Assembly (NCBI RefSeq): GCF_004010195.1
Contig: NC_057718.1
Span: 29,253,852 to 29,286,286, forward strand
DNA: 32,435 bases
Source of the DNA: Chiloscyllium plagiosum
Lineage: Eukaryota
Reading direction: 5' to 3'
Position numbers and translations under genes: made by a program. Each line of letters starts with the position of its first letter. Within the stretch, counting starts at the first letter, position 1. Under the pieces are notes generated by a model. The model searched no databases. It saw only the letters and a list, made by a program, of their open reading frames with translations, and had not been told where the DNA came from. Positions 22,567 through 32,435 of the stretch are shown here, in pieces.

Positions 22567-24399
22567 CTGAAAAAGGCCAGAAAGTAGTGGACAGATAGCA
22601 AGATTAAGCAACTTTTACAACTGAAATAAATCGAAGTATTCTCTTGTTTGCAAGAACAGTGTGGAGCATATAAGCAAAGGAAATGGGCAATTTTCCTTCC
22701 ATGTGCATAAACTGATTGCTTAAATAGAATAGCTGCTGATAATGAGCAAGAGGTGCTTGCTAGGCATCACATATAGAACAAATAGCAAGGAAAAAGCCTC
22801 CGGTGTCCGTGTTCTTTATTCATTTGAAATCTACAAATCTACTTGATAGTGCTTACACACACACACACAAAACAGGAAGGTGAGTAAGATTAAAACAGTC
22901 AACACCGTGAAGCAGTGAAAACTGCATACAGCTGTTCAAAGTATTTCATTTTCCTCATTCATGTGCAGACTTCAGATTATAAGTAAAAGAATCTAACCAA
23001 GTCAGAAATGCAATAAAACTTGTTTTGTTTTTGCAATTCATTCTAATTAATCATAATGCACCATCAAAAACATAGCAATGCAATTACATCACTATTTTAA
23101 ACAAGTGGGACAATTTAAAATACTAATTTACCAATTAATGTTGCTCACCCAAGTGGAAAAGCTAATATACAATATTTTCATTCTCTGTATTATGCATGCA
23201 TGATCATTACAAGCTTAGAAATATAAAACACATTTGACAATTCAACTGTTCTTTCATTATTTAATGCATTAGAAAAACATTGAGATTTTTTTCCATATGT
23301 ACCTACAATTATCACAAAATCTTAAATTGCTAAGTTCTTAAATTGTTACGTGTGAACTTAAATCGAGATGAAATCAAGAACAGAAGAAGTTTACATAGTT
23401 TTTGCCATTTTCTGAACACTAACAGTCAACCCTACAGCTGTATTAGGCATCAATTCAAATAAATCAAAGGGTCTCCTTTATCTGAATTTATAGAACAAAC
23501 ATATCAAAATTCAATTCTCACATTGTAGTGATGTACAACACACAGTCTGTTGTTCTTTAGGTGCAGCATGTAAGTACAAAATAGTTATGGTTAGACAAGG
23601 TAGGGTGGGATGAGACTCATGTGGAGCATAAACACAAAGATCAGTTGGACAGAACAGTGCAATAACTTCTTTGCAAATTTATTCTACTGTGATGAAAGGT
23701 ATTCTAGAATAGGCAGAATCAATTTTAAAATAGATTCCATAACCAGATATTATAGAGTTTTAAACTTTAAGTATAATAATAGAAGTTTGAGCAATGAAAG
23801 AGAAAATAGCATGTGCATCCTGATAGCTTTACTAGTGTGTCTTTAGGATTACGTATCCATATTTTCCAAATAAAATGCAAATGGTAAGCATTTCAAAACA
23901 ACGTACAGACTTACAGACGTACATAGTTTTAGATTGTGGAAGGCAGTCACTCACATTTGCTTCCTCCTTTCTTTCCTCTCCAAAGCCCCTGAACATATTG
24001 TCACCTCCAAAAACAGTGCCCATTGTTCCTGACATACCACATTGAATTCCCTCCATTCAAAATCAGCATATGCAAAAAGCACATGTAGGCTAGCCAGTTC
24101 AAAGTCACTACCATTTCTCTCATTTCCTCCATTGTTGCTAAAGTATCAGACTGCTTATATGACAGCCATTATCAGACAAGCATAAGTTTACTTCAATTAG
24201 TATTGGGGCAATGAAAACCATGGTCCTCACTTCAAACTAGCTTCCCTAGTTACTGACTCTATCCCTCTTCCTGGCTGTAGTGTGACTAAATCACTACTCA
24301 CAGTCTTGATGTCATATTATACATGAGCAGAAATCCAAAGGCATCATTAAAATCAACTACTTACATCTTTGTCATACATAAACTCATCTCTACCTCAGT

Positions 24400-24940
24400 A
24401 AATCTGCTGCTTAAAGTCTCACCCATGCTACCATTGACTATTTTAATACACTCCTGGCTGGGCCACCACTCTCTAACCTCTAAGTTTGAGGTCATCTATA
24501 ATTCTGTGAGCTGTGTCCTAACTCAAACTATTCTTATTCAACAATCACCCCAATGTCTGCTCACCTACACTAATTCCTGATTAAGCACCATTGTGATTTT
24601 TAAATTTCCAACCTTGTTTTGAAGTTCCTCCACAACCTCATCTCTTCCCATCTCTGTAACCGCTTTCAGCCCCACAACCCTCAGATATCTGTCTTCATCT
24701 AATTCTAGCCTTTTGAGTTTCATTAACGTTAAACACTCCTCAATTGGAATTCTGTCTTTAGTTGCCTGGGCCCTAAGCTCCTAAATTCCTCTTTACCTTT
24801 CTTTTTTTAAGGTATTCCATAAAACCTACCTTTTTGGCCTAGTTTTTGATCAACTATCTCACAATCTCCTGAAGTGTCAAATGCCATATTTTATGTTTTA
24901 TTGTTCCTGACAAGTGCTATTGTATAAGTTGTTGTTATAG
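24400..24940 (+). mobile_element. Degenerate L2 LINE 3' part
   Basis: Remnants of LEVIYNS, PITP.L..L and FK..TLVLK.LH motifs, GCCTGGGCCCTAAGCTC, and a (GTT)n-type tail. Confidence 0.6.
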
Positions 24941-25860
24941 GTCATCTTTTGTACAAAGTAAGATTAGACCAAAATGCAAACTAGTGGAACACCATTCACT
25001 CCCTTCACACTAGACTTCTTGCCCCTCCATTTCCTCCCAGATTATGCAGTTTACTAGATTAACAACAACTGTAGTCAAACAAACTAGCCTTATAACTGTC
25101 TAGACTTCTAGTCCTACAGAAAATTATAATTAGGATTTTGCGATTTCTCTTGATATTTCCCAAAGAATTCAACAGTTCAAGATATCAAAGTTGAGTGATT
25201 TATGTACCCTATGTTTGATTAACTTATTTAATACCAGTTCTACTTGGATTTTAACCACCACTAACTGTAAAATCACCCAAACTTGATACACTGTCATATC
25301 AATAAGTTGTTGAAAATTGAGAGAAAGGGCAATAAATGGTCAAGGAAATGGGAGTCTCCCTACAAACTGAAGAGTTAGCAGAAGTCTCATATTCCTATTT
25401 TAGTGAGTAAGTGCAGAAAAGGACTTGTGACCAGTAATGGGCCTTGCCAGGATTCAGGGGCCCATGGGTGGAAATCCCTCAACCTACCCCATTGCCTCTG
25501 GCAATCAGCAGCTAGCAGCAGGAGCAGTAGCAACTACAGGTAATGTGCCCATTGACTCAGGTCACAGCTGGGAAGATGGGACAGGAGGTGTAAGGTAAGA
25601 GGTGGCAGGGGAGGGGTGAGAGGCAGGGTGGCAACGTCTGGACGGCCAGGATGTCAAGGTGACTCTCAGCAGGCCCATATGCTAACATCACTGCTCCCAA
25701 TGTCATTTCCCTTGATCAGGGACTGTGCCTTTGAATAACAATCCTAATACCAACCCAGCAGCCCACAAGCAAACAGCTGCAACAGGCTAAAGCCCCGAAG
25801 TGGACATTGCTTACCAATTTAAGGGCCTACATTTGCAGCAGCAGATAGAAAGACAGTCCA

Positions 25861-25966
25861 GGCTATGGTCATATTAGTTTGTCTGATCTTGGAAGCTAAG
25901 CAGACTCAGACCTCATTAGTATCTGGATTGGAGACTACCTGGGAACACCAGATGCAGTAGGCTTTT
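25861..25966 (+). pseudogene. 5S rRNA-derived sequence (internally deleted, diverged)
   Basis: GGCTATGGTCATA...GTCTGATCTTGGAAGCTAAGCAG...TTAGTATCTGGATTGGAGACTACCTGGGAACACCAGATGCAGTAGGCTTTT aligns with vertebrate 5S rRNA; ~15 nt missing from the 5' part. Confidence 0.85.
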
Positions 25967-26085
25967 GTGGTTTGGTAGCACACTAATCATGTCCCTATCT
26001 CTGAGCCAGGAGGTTCAGGTTGAAGCCTCCCTCTCCAACTCTACAGATATGTAATAACATGTTTGAGCAGGTTGATATTTTTAAA
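25967..26085 (+). mobile_element. tRNA-derived SINE-like segment fused to the 5S copy
   Basis: TGTCCCTATCTCTGAGCCAGGAGGTTCAGGTTGAAGCC (anticodon arm and box B-like), then GTAATAACATGTTTGAGCAGGTTGAT. Confidence 0.55.
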
Positions 26086-26804
26086 AATCTAGAAAGGCAG
26101 TCTGCAAGCATTTCTGTCTGTGTCTGAGTCAGAGTCAGGATGGCAATAATGACCCCATCTGGCACCCTCCCAAATCGATTAAAAACAGCCCCACCTCCAA
26201 ATTCACCTCCGAGAAGAGCATTAGCTTCCACTTAAAATGCTTATTTATAACATCTGCTAATCCCTATTCCTACCACTTTCATCTCTACCCTAGTCTTTAC
26301 TATTTTCTTGCTACAAAGGCACCTTTAAAGGAAGTCTATTATGAAGTTTTTACATTTTTTTCTCAGTTTCTCTCACTATACTGATCTATTAGGATTTTCT
26401 ATTTTTCACACTTATTCTGATTTTCTTCAGAGTATTTACATTTATGTACTTTTTAAAGATTCAATTTTGTGCTAATCTCTCTATTTTTTGATGAATTTTT
26501 GCCTTTGACACAACTGTTTGGTTTCCACCACTGGAGTATATACTATACACATGTGTGTGTTATTTATACCCTTGCTAATTTTTCATTCCATTTAAATTGG
26601 AGTTGATTCCTATCTATTTTACTGCAAGTTGCTTTGTGGAATCAATTACTTCAGATGAGAATTCTATGTTCCCTTTTATATTTGTTATTTTTATTGTTAG
26701 TCTACTGAAATTTTTGCTCCCTAACTTTAGACCACCTGCATTTTCTGCTTCATACACTAGGACCAAGTCAAGTAGCTGTCTCTCTTTTGTTGAAACAAAG
26801 AAAT

Positions 26805-27075
26805 GATGGTGAACCTTTATAAAGCATTTGGCTGGCCTCAAATGAAGTGCTGCATTTTAGTTCTGGGCACGACATGTGAGAAACGTTGAGAAAGTATTAA
26901 AGGCAGTGAAGAAAAGGTTCATACAAATGGTTCCAGGGATGAGAAACTTCAGCGATATGGATAGATTGGAGAGCTGGGAAATTAGAAAAGATTCTCCTTG
27001 GGGAAAAAAGAAGATTAATTAGTAGGAGATTTGTTTGAGGTTTCTACATTGTGAAGGGAAAAACTGTTCCATCTT
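26805..27075 (+). mobile_element. Degenerate CR1 fragment
   Basis: LYKA...FWA....VEKVLKAVKKRFIQMVPGMRNFS...RLE remnants. Confidence 0.65.
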
Positions 27076-27859
27076 GGCCAGCCCTGGGGAGATGGCGAAA
27101 ACAGTTTGTCCACCACAAGGGCAAAAAGAGAGTCAGGGAACCATCACCATCATCTTGGGGACAGGTGGAGAAAAGTAAGTCATGAGGAGTCATAGTTATA
27201 GCAACAGGACAGTTTGAAGGAGGTAAAATGTTACGTTTGCAGAGATATTAACCATTAAACCTCCCAAGCCTGAGTAAGTGAACGAGTGTGGGTGTCTGCA
27301 TGAGGGGATGAGTACAAGTGAAATGGAACCTAGGGTTTGGATGTGAGAGAGTGTGAATGGATGGACCTGGGAAGGGGATGAATTGGACATGTGTGTGGAT
27401 GCGTATGGGTCAATGATAGAGTTTAGGTGAATCGGTGGCTCAGTTTGTAACAGTTTGGAATAGTTTGGAGGGTTTATAAGAGTATTCAATGTTGACAACA
27501 AGTGCAAGAGACAATGTGAGCAAGCGTGGGAAAGGGATGCGAGTGAGTGCGGGGGACAGATACGTGCAAGGGTGTGAGTGGCTGAGAGTGGGTATCTGGG
27601 TGAGAGAAAGTGAATAGTTTGGTGAGTGGTGTAAGAATGAAACTGAGCCAGACAAATACTCTTCATTCCACTCCTCCTCAACAAAGCAGGTCAGGTGAGG
27701 AAAGCCCAAAATGATAGGCAAACCACCACAGAGATCAATTTGATATAAGGCAAACTCAAGTTTGGTGTCAGTTAATCCAATTCCTTATCTTGCCCCTAAT
27801 CCTCACGCACTTTCCTGGAGATCAGCACTCACTCTTTAGCTCTGCTTAGAATCATTGAT

Positions 27860-28012
27860 AAGAATCACACAAACACCAGGTTACAGTCCAACAAGTTTAT
27901 ATTAAAGTACAAGCTTTCAATTCGATGCTCCTTCGTCAGCTTGTACTTCCTAATAAACATATTGAACAAGAACCTGGTGTGGTCTGATTTCAACACTGGC
28001 ACCTCCACATCA
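27860..28012. repeat. Inverted-repeat element of a second PLE terminus family with a minus-strand hammerhead remnant (27911-27939)
   Basis: Arms AATCACACAAACACCAGGTT...AAGTACAAGCT and AGCTTGTACTT...AACCTGGTGTGGTCTGATT; reverse strand CTGACGA-AGGAGC...GAAAGCTT. Confidence 0.7.
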
Positions 28013-28436
28013 TAGAGTCACAGAGTTTTACAGCATGAAAACAGACCCTTTGGTCCAACTAGACCATGATGACCAGAAATCCTAAATTAAGCTAGTCCCA
28101 TTTGCCAGCATTTGGCCCATACTCCTCTAAATCCTTTGTATTCATGTACCCATCCAGATGCCTTTTAAATGTTGTAATTGCACCATCCTCAACCCACCTC
28201 CTCTGGCAGCTCATTCCATACACACGCCACACTCTGCATGAAAAAGTTAGCCCCTTAGGTCCTTTTTAAATCTTTCCCCTCTCACCTTAAACCTATGTCC
28301 TCTCATTTTGAACTCCTCTACCCTGGGGAAAAAACCTTGGCTATTCACCCTATCCATGCCCCTCATGACTCTGTAAACTTCAATAAGGTCACCCCTCAGC
28401 CTCCGACGCTCCAGGGAAAATACCCCCAGCCTATTC
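28010..28436 (-). mobile_element. CR1 LINE 3' fragment
   Basis: Reverse complement is homologous to 12680-13070; (GACTCTAT)-type tail. Confidence 0.88.
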
Positions 28437-29303
28437 TAATCAAAAGGGCAATAAAAAGTGCTGTTTGGTACTTTTTAATAGTCTTTTTTTCTAATTACTC
28501 ATTTAAATTCTCACTTTATGTTTTATTTAAATGAATGTCATGTTGTGCCCAACCTTATCTTTCTGAGATCTGTGTACTAACTCCCCTTCCTTCCTCCAAC
28601 CATACTTCCAAGTGAGGAAAAGTAAGAACAGAATGACTGCTGGTTTACCATTTATATAAATTAATTTATCTTTAATACATGTTTTTATTTGTACTTCTCC
28701 AGTCAGCATCTTTGGGCATCTGTGATTTTCATACAAAGCAAAGAAAAGACGCAGGTCAGAAGTCCATCTCAGCCAGAACAGTGAGAGAACCTTTATCTGT
28801 TATTCAGAATCATGCCATAGTCTAACATACGGAACTAACTGACACCATGTCCCTATCAATGTCTATCTCAAGACATTTAATTGATTTTACAAAATATGTT
28901 TTTGCCTAATTATTTAAATTTCTGCTCCTACTAAGTTTTACTTTTGAATATGTTTTTGGAACATGCAAAAAAAAAACACAAGACTGGTCAAATCCATTCC
29001 TCTTATGCAGCAACTAGAGGAATTTAAATCGAAATAAGGCCTGGGAAGTTTAAAATATGAAAAGCAGTGCATAGTCTTACAATAAACAGGTGTAATGGCA
29101 TAAACACATTTCAAGTAAAATATTACACTCGTCTCACTAACATCCAGATGTCTGTGGTCAGAATCCAATCTATTCTGCTGGACAAAGTCAAATTGTGTAA
29201 AAGGAAATGAGAGTGCTCAAGCTAAGCATTCTTACTAACAAGTAATCCATTTATGGCAGAGGTATCCATACGTACTACCAGGGGTGACCTGCCTTCTGCT
29301 TAC

Positions 29304-29379
29304 CACCAGTAGCCTTCAACAGATCTGCAGCTTGATAGATTTCCGTTTGTGGTGTGCAAAGCAATAGACTGTTTACACA
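29304..29379 (-). CDS. Candidate 76-nt exon (CVNSLLLCTPQTEIYQAADLLKATG-G)
   Basis: ctgac branch-like site, ctgtttttcag acceptor, GTG|gtaagc donor; the phase 0 to 1 frame fits the 9440-9570 exon, and a second frame is also open. Confidence 0.45.
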
Positions 29380-29515
29380 CTGAAAAACAGTGCTTTCGTC
29401 AGTTGCTAACACCGGATCTTAAAATCTTCCCCTTTTAAAGTGAGACGTACTACAAAAGTAAAACCTGCTTCTATTGTGAAAACTCCAACTGTCCACAGTG
29501 ACATATTTGGAAGAG

Positions 29516-29631
29516 ATTTCTCATCCCAGGCAAACTAGCAAAAAACACGTTATACTGTAGCACACTACATGTACTATATTGGGCCTCACTTTTAGAACAA
29601 TAGCAAAAACATAATTTTGACTGTCTGTATA
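29516..29631 (+). repeat. 116-bp direct repeat, copy 1
   Basis: Ungapped match to 30725-30840, 10 mismatches by manual count. Confidence 0.9.
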
Positions 29632-29789
29632 CAGAAATCACAGGCGCAGCATATTTTCACTCCATAGTACAAGATGTTGGAAACATTCCACAATATGCAC
29701 TCTGGCACACAATAAAAGCTCAAGTTCAAAAGCTTCTAATGTAACTTAATTTAAGCATACCTTCTCCCTCAGAGAAGTAGATTCATGCT

Positions 29790-30664
29790 TGTATAAGGCT
29801 ATACCTTTTTATCTTTCTGAATTTTAAGTTTGGACTAAAATGGGAAAAGGACTGTTTTAAAACCAGGGATTATGGAAGGAATTGCTGTAATTTTTAAAGT
29901 TACTGAAACTCACTAAGTCTTGCTTTCGATGCTGCTTTGTTTAAGCAGTGGGAAGTATTTGTAAACAGGTTGATACCACAGATTTTGTATAAAGTGAGAT
30001 TCAGCTGACAGCAGGTTGCTGATTGATTTGTGGAATGTCTGACCAGTTGTGGATGCCAAAGGCCATCAGGCTGACAATAACTAATTAGCACATGGGGAGC
30101 TGAACAGCTTTTGGGTGTGAAGCCTGTGGACTCCTGCAAGGACAGATACTATGTCATTCTCTGCAACAGAATATCTGAAACCAAAATAAAAAGTTAGTTT
30201 ATTTTCCCTCACCAGATGCTGAAAGCTGTGGTCTTTGACCAGTAACTAAGAAGCTCTGTAATTAATGCCTCCTGTAAAGAAATGTGAAGAACCAGGAGAA
30301 AAGAGACGGAAGAACAGAATATTCTTGCAAACCAAAAGGAGCATTTCAGTTTTATTCCTTCTATCCATTACACCCATGTGTTTTTGTCTGTCTGTCTATA
30401 TGTATCTAGGGGCATTTTGAAAGGAGTTAGAGCTTTACCTCGTAAGATGTTGACAGTTCATAGTTATTTACCTGTAGTTAGAATCTATTTATTTGCAATA
30501 AATTGTTGTTCTTGTCAAGTACAGAAACCTAGGCACCGTTTGCTGTTAGCCTGCATGTATCTAGCAGGTAAATTGGGAATTTCACATACTTTGATAAAGT
30601 TTTTAACTTTTGTGACGACCCCAGGAGTAGTGAGGCTTGATTTCCAACGCAGTGTGGCATGACA
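29790..30664 (+). mobile_element. Probable solo LTR between the direct repeats
   Basis: AATAAA near 30497 and a ...GTGGCATGACA end; 5' boundary (TGTATAAGG) tentative. Confidence 0.35.
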
Positions 30665-30724
30665 TTTGTAAAGGTGGAAAATGTCGTTTATATGTTGTTT
30701 CATTGGAAGCTACCATTTCACAAT

Positions 30725-30840
30725 ATTTCTCATTCCAGGCAAACTTGCAAAAAACACATTATACTGCAGAACATTACATGTACTATATTGGCCCTCACTT
30801 TTTAAAGAATAGCAAAAACATAATTTTGACTGTCTGTATA
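30725..30840 (+). repeat. 116-bp direct repeat, copy 2
   Basis: Matches 29516-29631. Confidence 0.9.
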
Positions 30841-30944
30841 ACTTATCAATACAGTTACATTCATATTGGACCTAGAACATGTACATTTTTAACAGAATGC
30901 TTTAAGTGCTTCAATAGGATCATTACAATTTGGATATAAATACT

Positions 30945-31460
30945 AATATTCTCCATCCCTAATTATTTGATTCACTAGAACATTAGTCCAAACAGAGTTC
31001 AGATGAAGCCCATCCGACTGGAAGAGCTCTTTTCTATGCAACATTAGTGCCTGTGTCCTACGAATTGAAACCCATTCCTTCCACGCATTCTTTGTGTCAC
31101 ATGTTTACCTCCTTCACCTTATTTACCCTATGCCAGTTTCCCTGTGGTTCAGGTGCTAACCAGAGATTCTTACCTTGGAGGTTTCTCTTTGTAACTTATG
31201 ACCTAACTCTTCAAATTCTTTCAGCAGAAACTAAATTTGAATTACTTTATTTGAGGGGTCTGACTGTCTCTTGGAACAAAATATCCAGGTCACTTTCCCT
31301 CCCTGATGTGGTGCAACGTCTGGAGCTTGGACTCTAACTCAAGTCCAAAGTTGCTCAAGCTGCAAACACTTACTACAAATGATATGTTTGCTTGGGATCA
31401 TCTTATAGTGGCCACCAGATCCCACATGCTGCAGCAACATGATCCATCTTGCTATCACTA
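30945..31460 (-). mobile_element. Internally deleted CR1 ORF1 remnant (zinc/leucine zipper plus SGNH esterase end)
   Basis: Reverse strand: CCSMWDL...ICSKCLQLEQL...ELESKLQTLHHIREG...LDILFQETV, and ELFQSDGLHLN. Confidence 0.7.
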
Positions 31461-32002
31461 TCACATTTTATTTAATTTATTAATTAATTACATTTGAAAA
31501 TCTGTTTACTGTAATTAATTTATTATACACCACTCTAAATTTTATACATAAATTATTTTTAAGAAAAGAGAGAAAAATAGATTAGACATTGAAACAAACT
31601 GAAGACTTTTTCCTTTAAAGACTAGATCTTGAACTGTGATTGATTTGACTTCAGTTTCCCATTCCATTTGACCCACTTTGCAGTAATAGAAAATACAACC
31701 TCTCTACAACAGTATGAATTTCAACATTGCTTTGCCAACAATCAATGGTAACAGCCAAATAAAATGAACTAAATTGAATTGATTTAATTAAAAATACAAG
31801 TTGAAATAGCTGTCTCATTATATTTCAGATAGTATAAACATATTACTGCAAATACTGAATAAAAGCCTGCCCTCCTCTTTTCAATTGAGGAAGTAACCTT
31901 AAACATTTTCTTCAGAAGTCAGAACTATATTATAAAGAAAGCCATTATATTTATATTAAACTATGCTATTCCATGATTTTTTATATAATTCATAATGCTT
32001 GT

Positions 32003-32222
32003 CACGTATACCCGAGAACTCGGTGGGAAGTGATTGTTGGACCCCATGCTGAGATAGTTGTATCATCAATACTCACAGGTGAGGTGCTGGAAGACTGGAG
32101 GTCGGCTCACATGGTGCCACTGTTTAAGAAAGGTGGTAAGGACAAGCCAGAGAACTATAGACCAGTGAGCCTGACGTCGGTGGTGGGCAAGTTGTTGGAG
32201 GGGAACCTGAGGGACAGGATGC
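32003..32222 (+). mobile_element. CR1 ORF2 fragment (start of RT)
   Basis: TGEVLEDWRSAHMVPLFKKGGKDKPENYRPVSLTSVVGKLLE. Confidence 0.88.
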
Positions 32223-32435
32223 AGAACTTTCGAAAGCTGATTGGAGGCAGATGTTCGCAGGTAAAGGGACGGCTGGAAATTGGGAAGCCTTCAGAAATGA
32301 GATAACAAGAATCCAGAGAAAGTATATTCCTGTCAGGGTGAAAGGGAAGGCTGGTAGGTATAGGGAATGCTGGATGACTAAAGAAATTGAGGGTTTGGTT
32401 AAGAAAAAGAAGGAAGCATATGTCAGGTATAGACA
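32223..32435 (+). mobile_element. CR1 ORF2 fragment (EN-RT linker), running off the window
   Basis: WEAFRNEITRIQRKYIPVRVK...WMTKEIEGLVKKKKEAY. Confidence 0.8.

Noticed and set aside
25861..25966. Functional 5S rRNA gene
   Set aside because: Internal deletion, many substitutions and no tandem array
26230..26450. Possible very old PLE-terminus-like remnant
   Set aside because: Too degenerate and AT-rich; no hammerhead core can be recovered
27196..27721. 162-aa and 93-aa minus-strand ORFs
   Set aside because: They arise from G/T/A-skewed low-complexity sequence giving H/S/P/L-rich peptides; probably a degenerate repeat
1..32435. CRISPR array, operon or other prokaryotic or viral system
   Set aside because: No regularly spaced repeats and no dense intact ORFs; the content is vertebrate intron and TE sequence

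Overview
Vertebrate genomic DNA, most likely from a shark or other elasmobranch, judged from HE1-type V-SINEs and shark-type CR1, Penelope and Rex1 repeats. Three assembly gaps are present (703-1202, 2062-2440, 4771-5489). The window appears to be mostly intronic sequence of an unidentified minus-strand spliced gene. Two phase-compatible coding exons (9440-9570 and 6054-6172) are well supported, and several upstream exons are only candidates. The rest is densely packed with decayed transposons: CR1 LINEs, an L1-like fragment, L2, Rex1/Babar, Penelope-like elements (PLEs), a hAT transposase fossil, SINEs and probable solo LTRs. The most striking signal is a set of PLE-type minimal hammerhead ribozyme motifs (CUGANGA-stem II-GAAACGUC). 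They occur at PLE 3' ends, as ~100-bp stand-alone insertions with ~14-bp target-site duplications, and as head-to-head palindromes. Copies with an intact core and stem II are found only antisense to the host gene. A 5S rRNA/tRNA chimeric element, a 90-bp tRNA-derived insertion with a perfect 18-bp TSD and a 116-bp direct repeat pair are also present. All calls come from reading the sequence; no searches were run.
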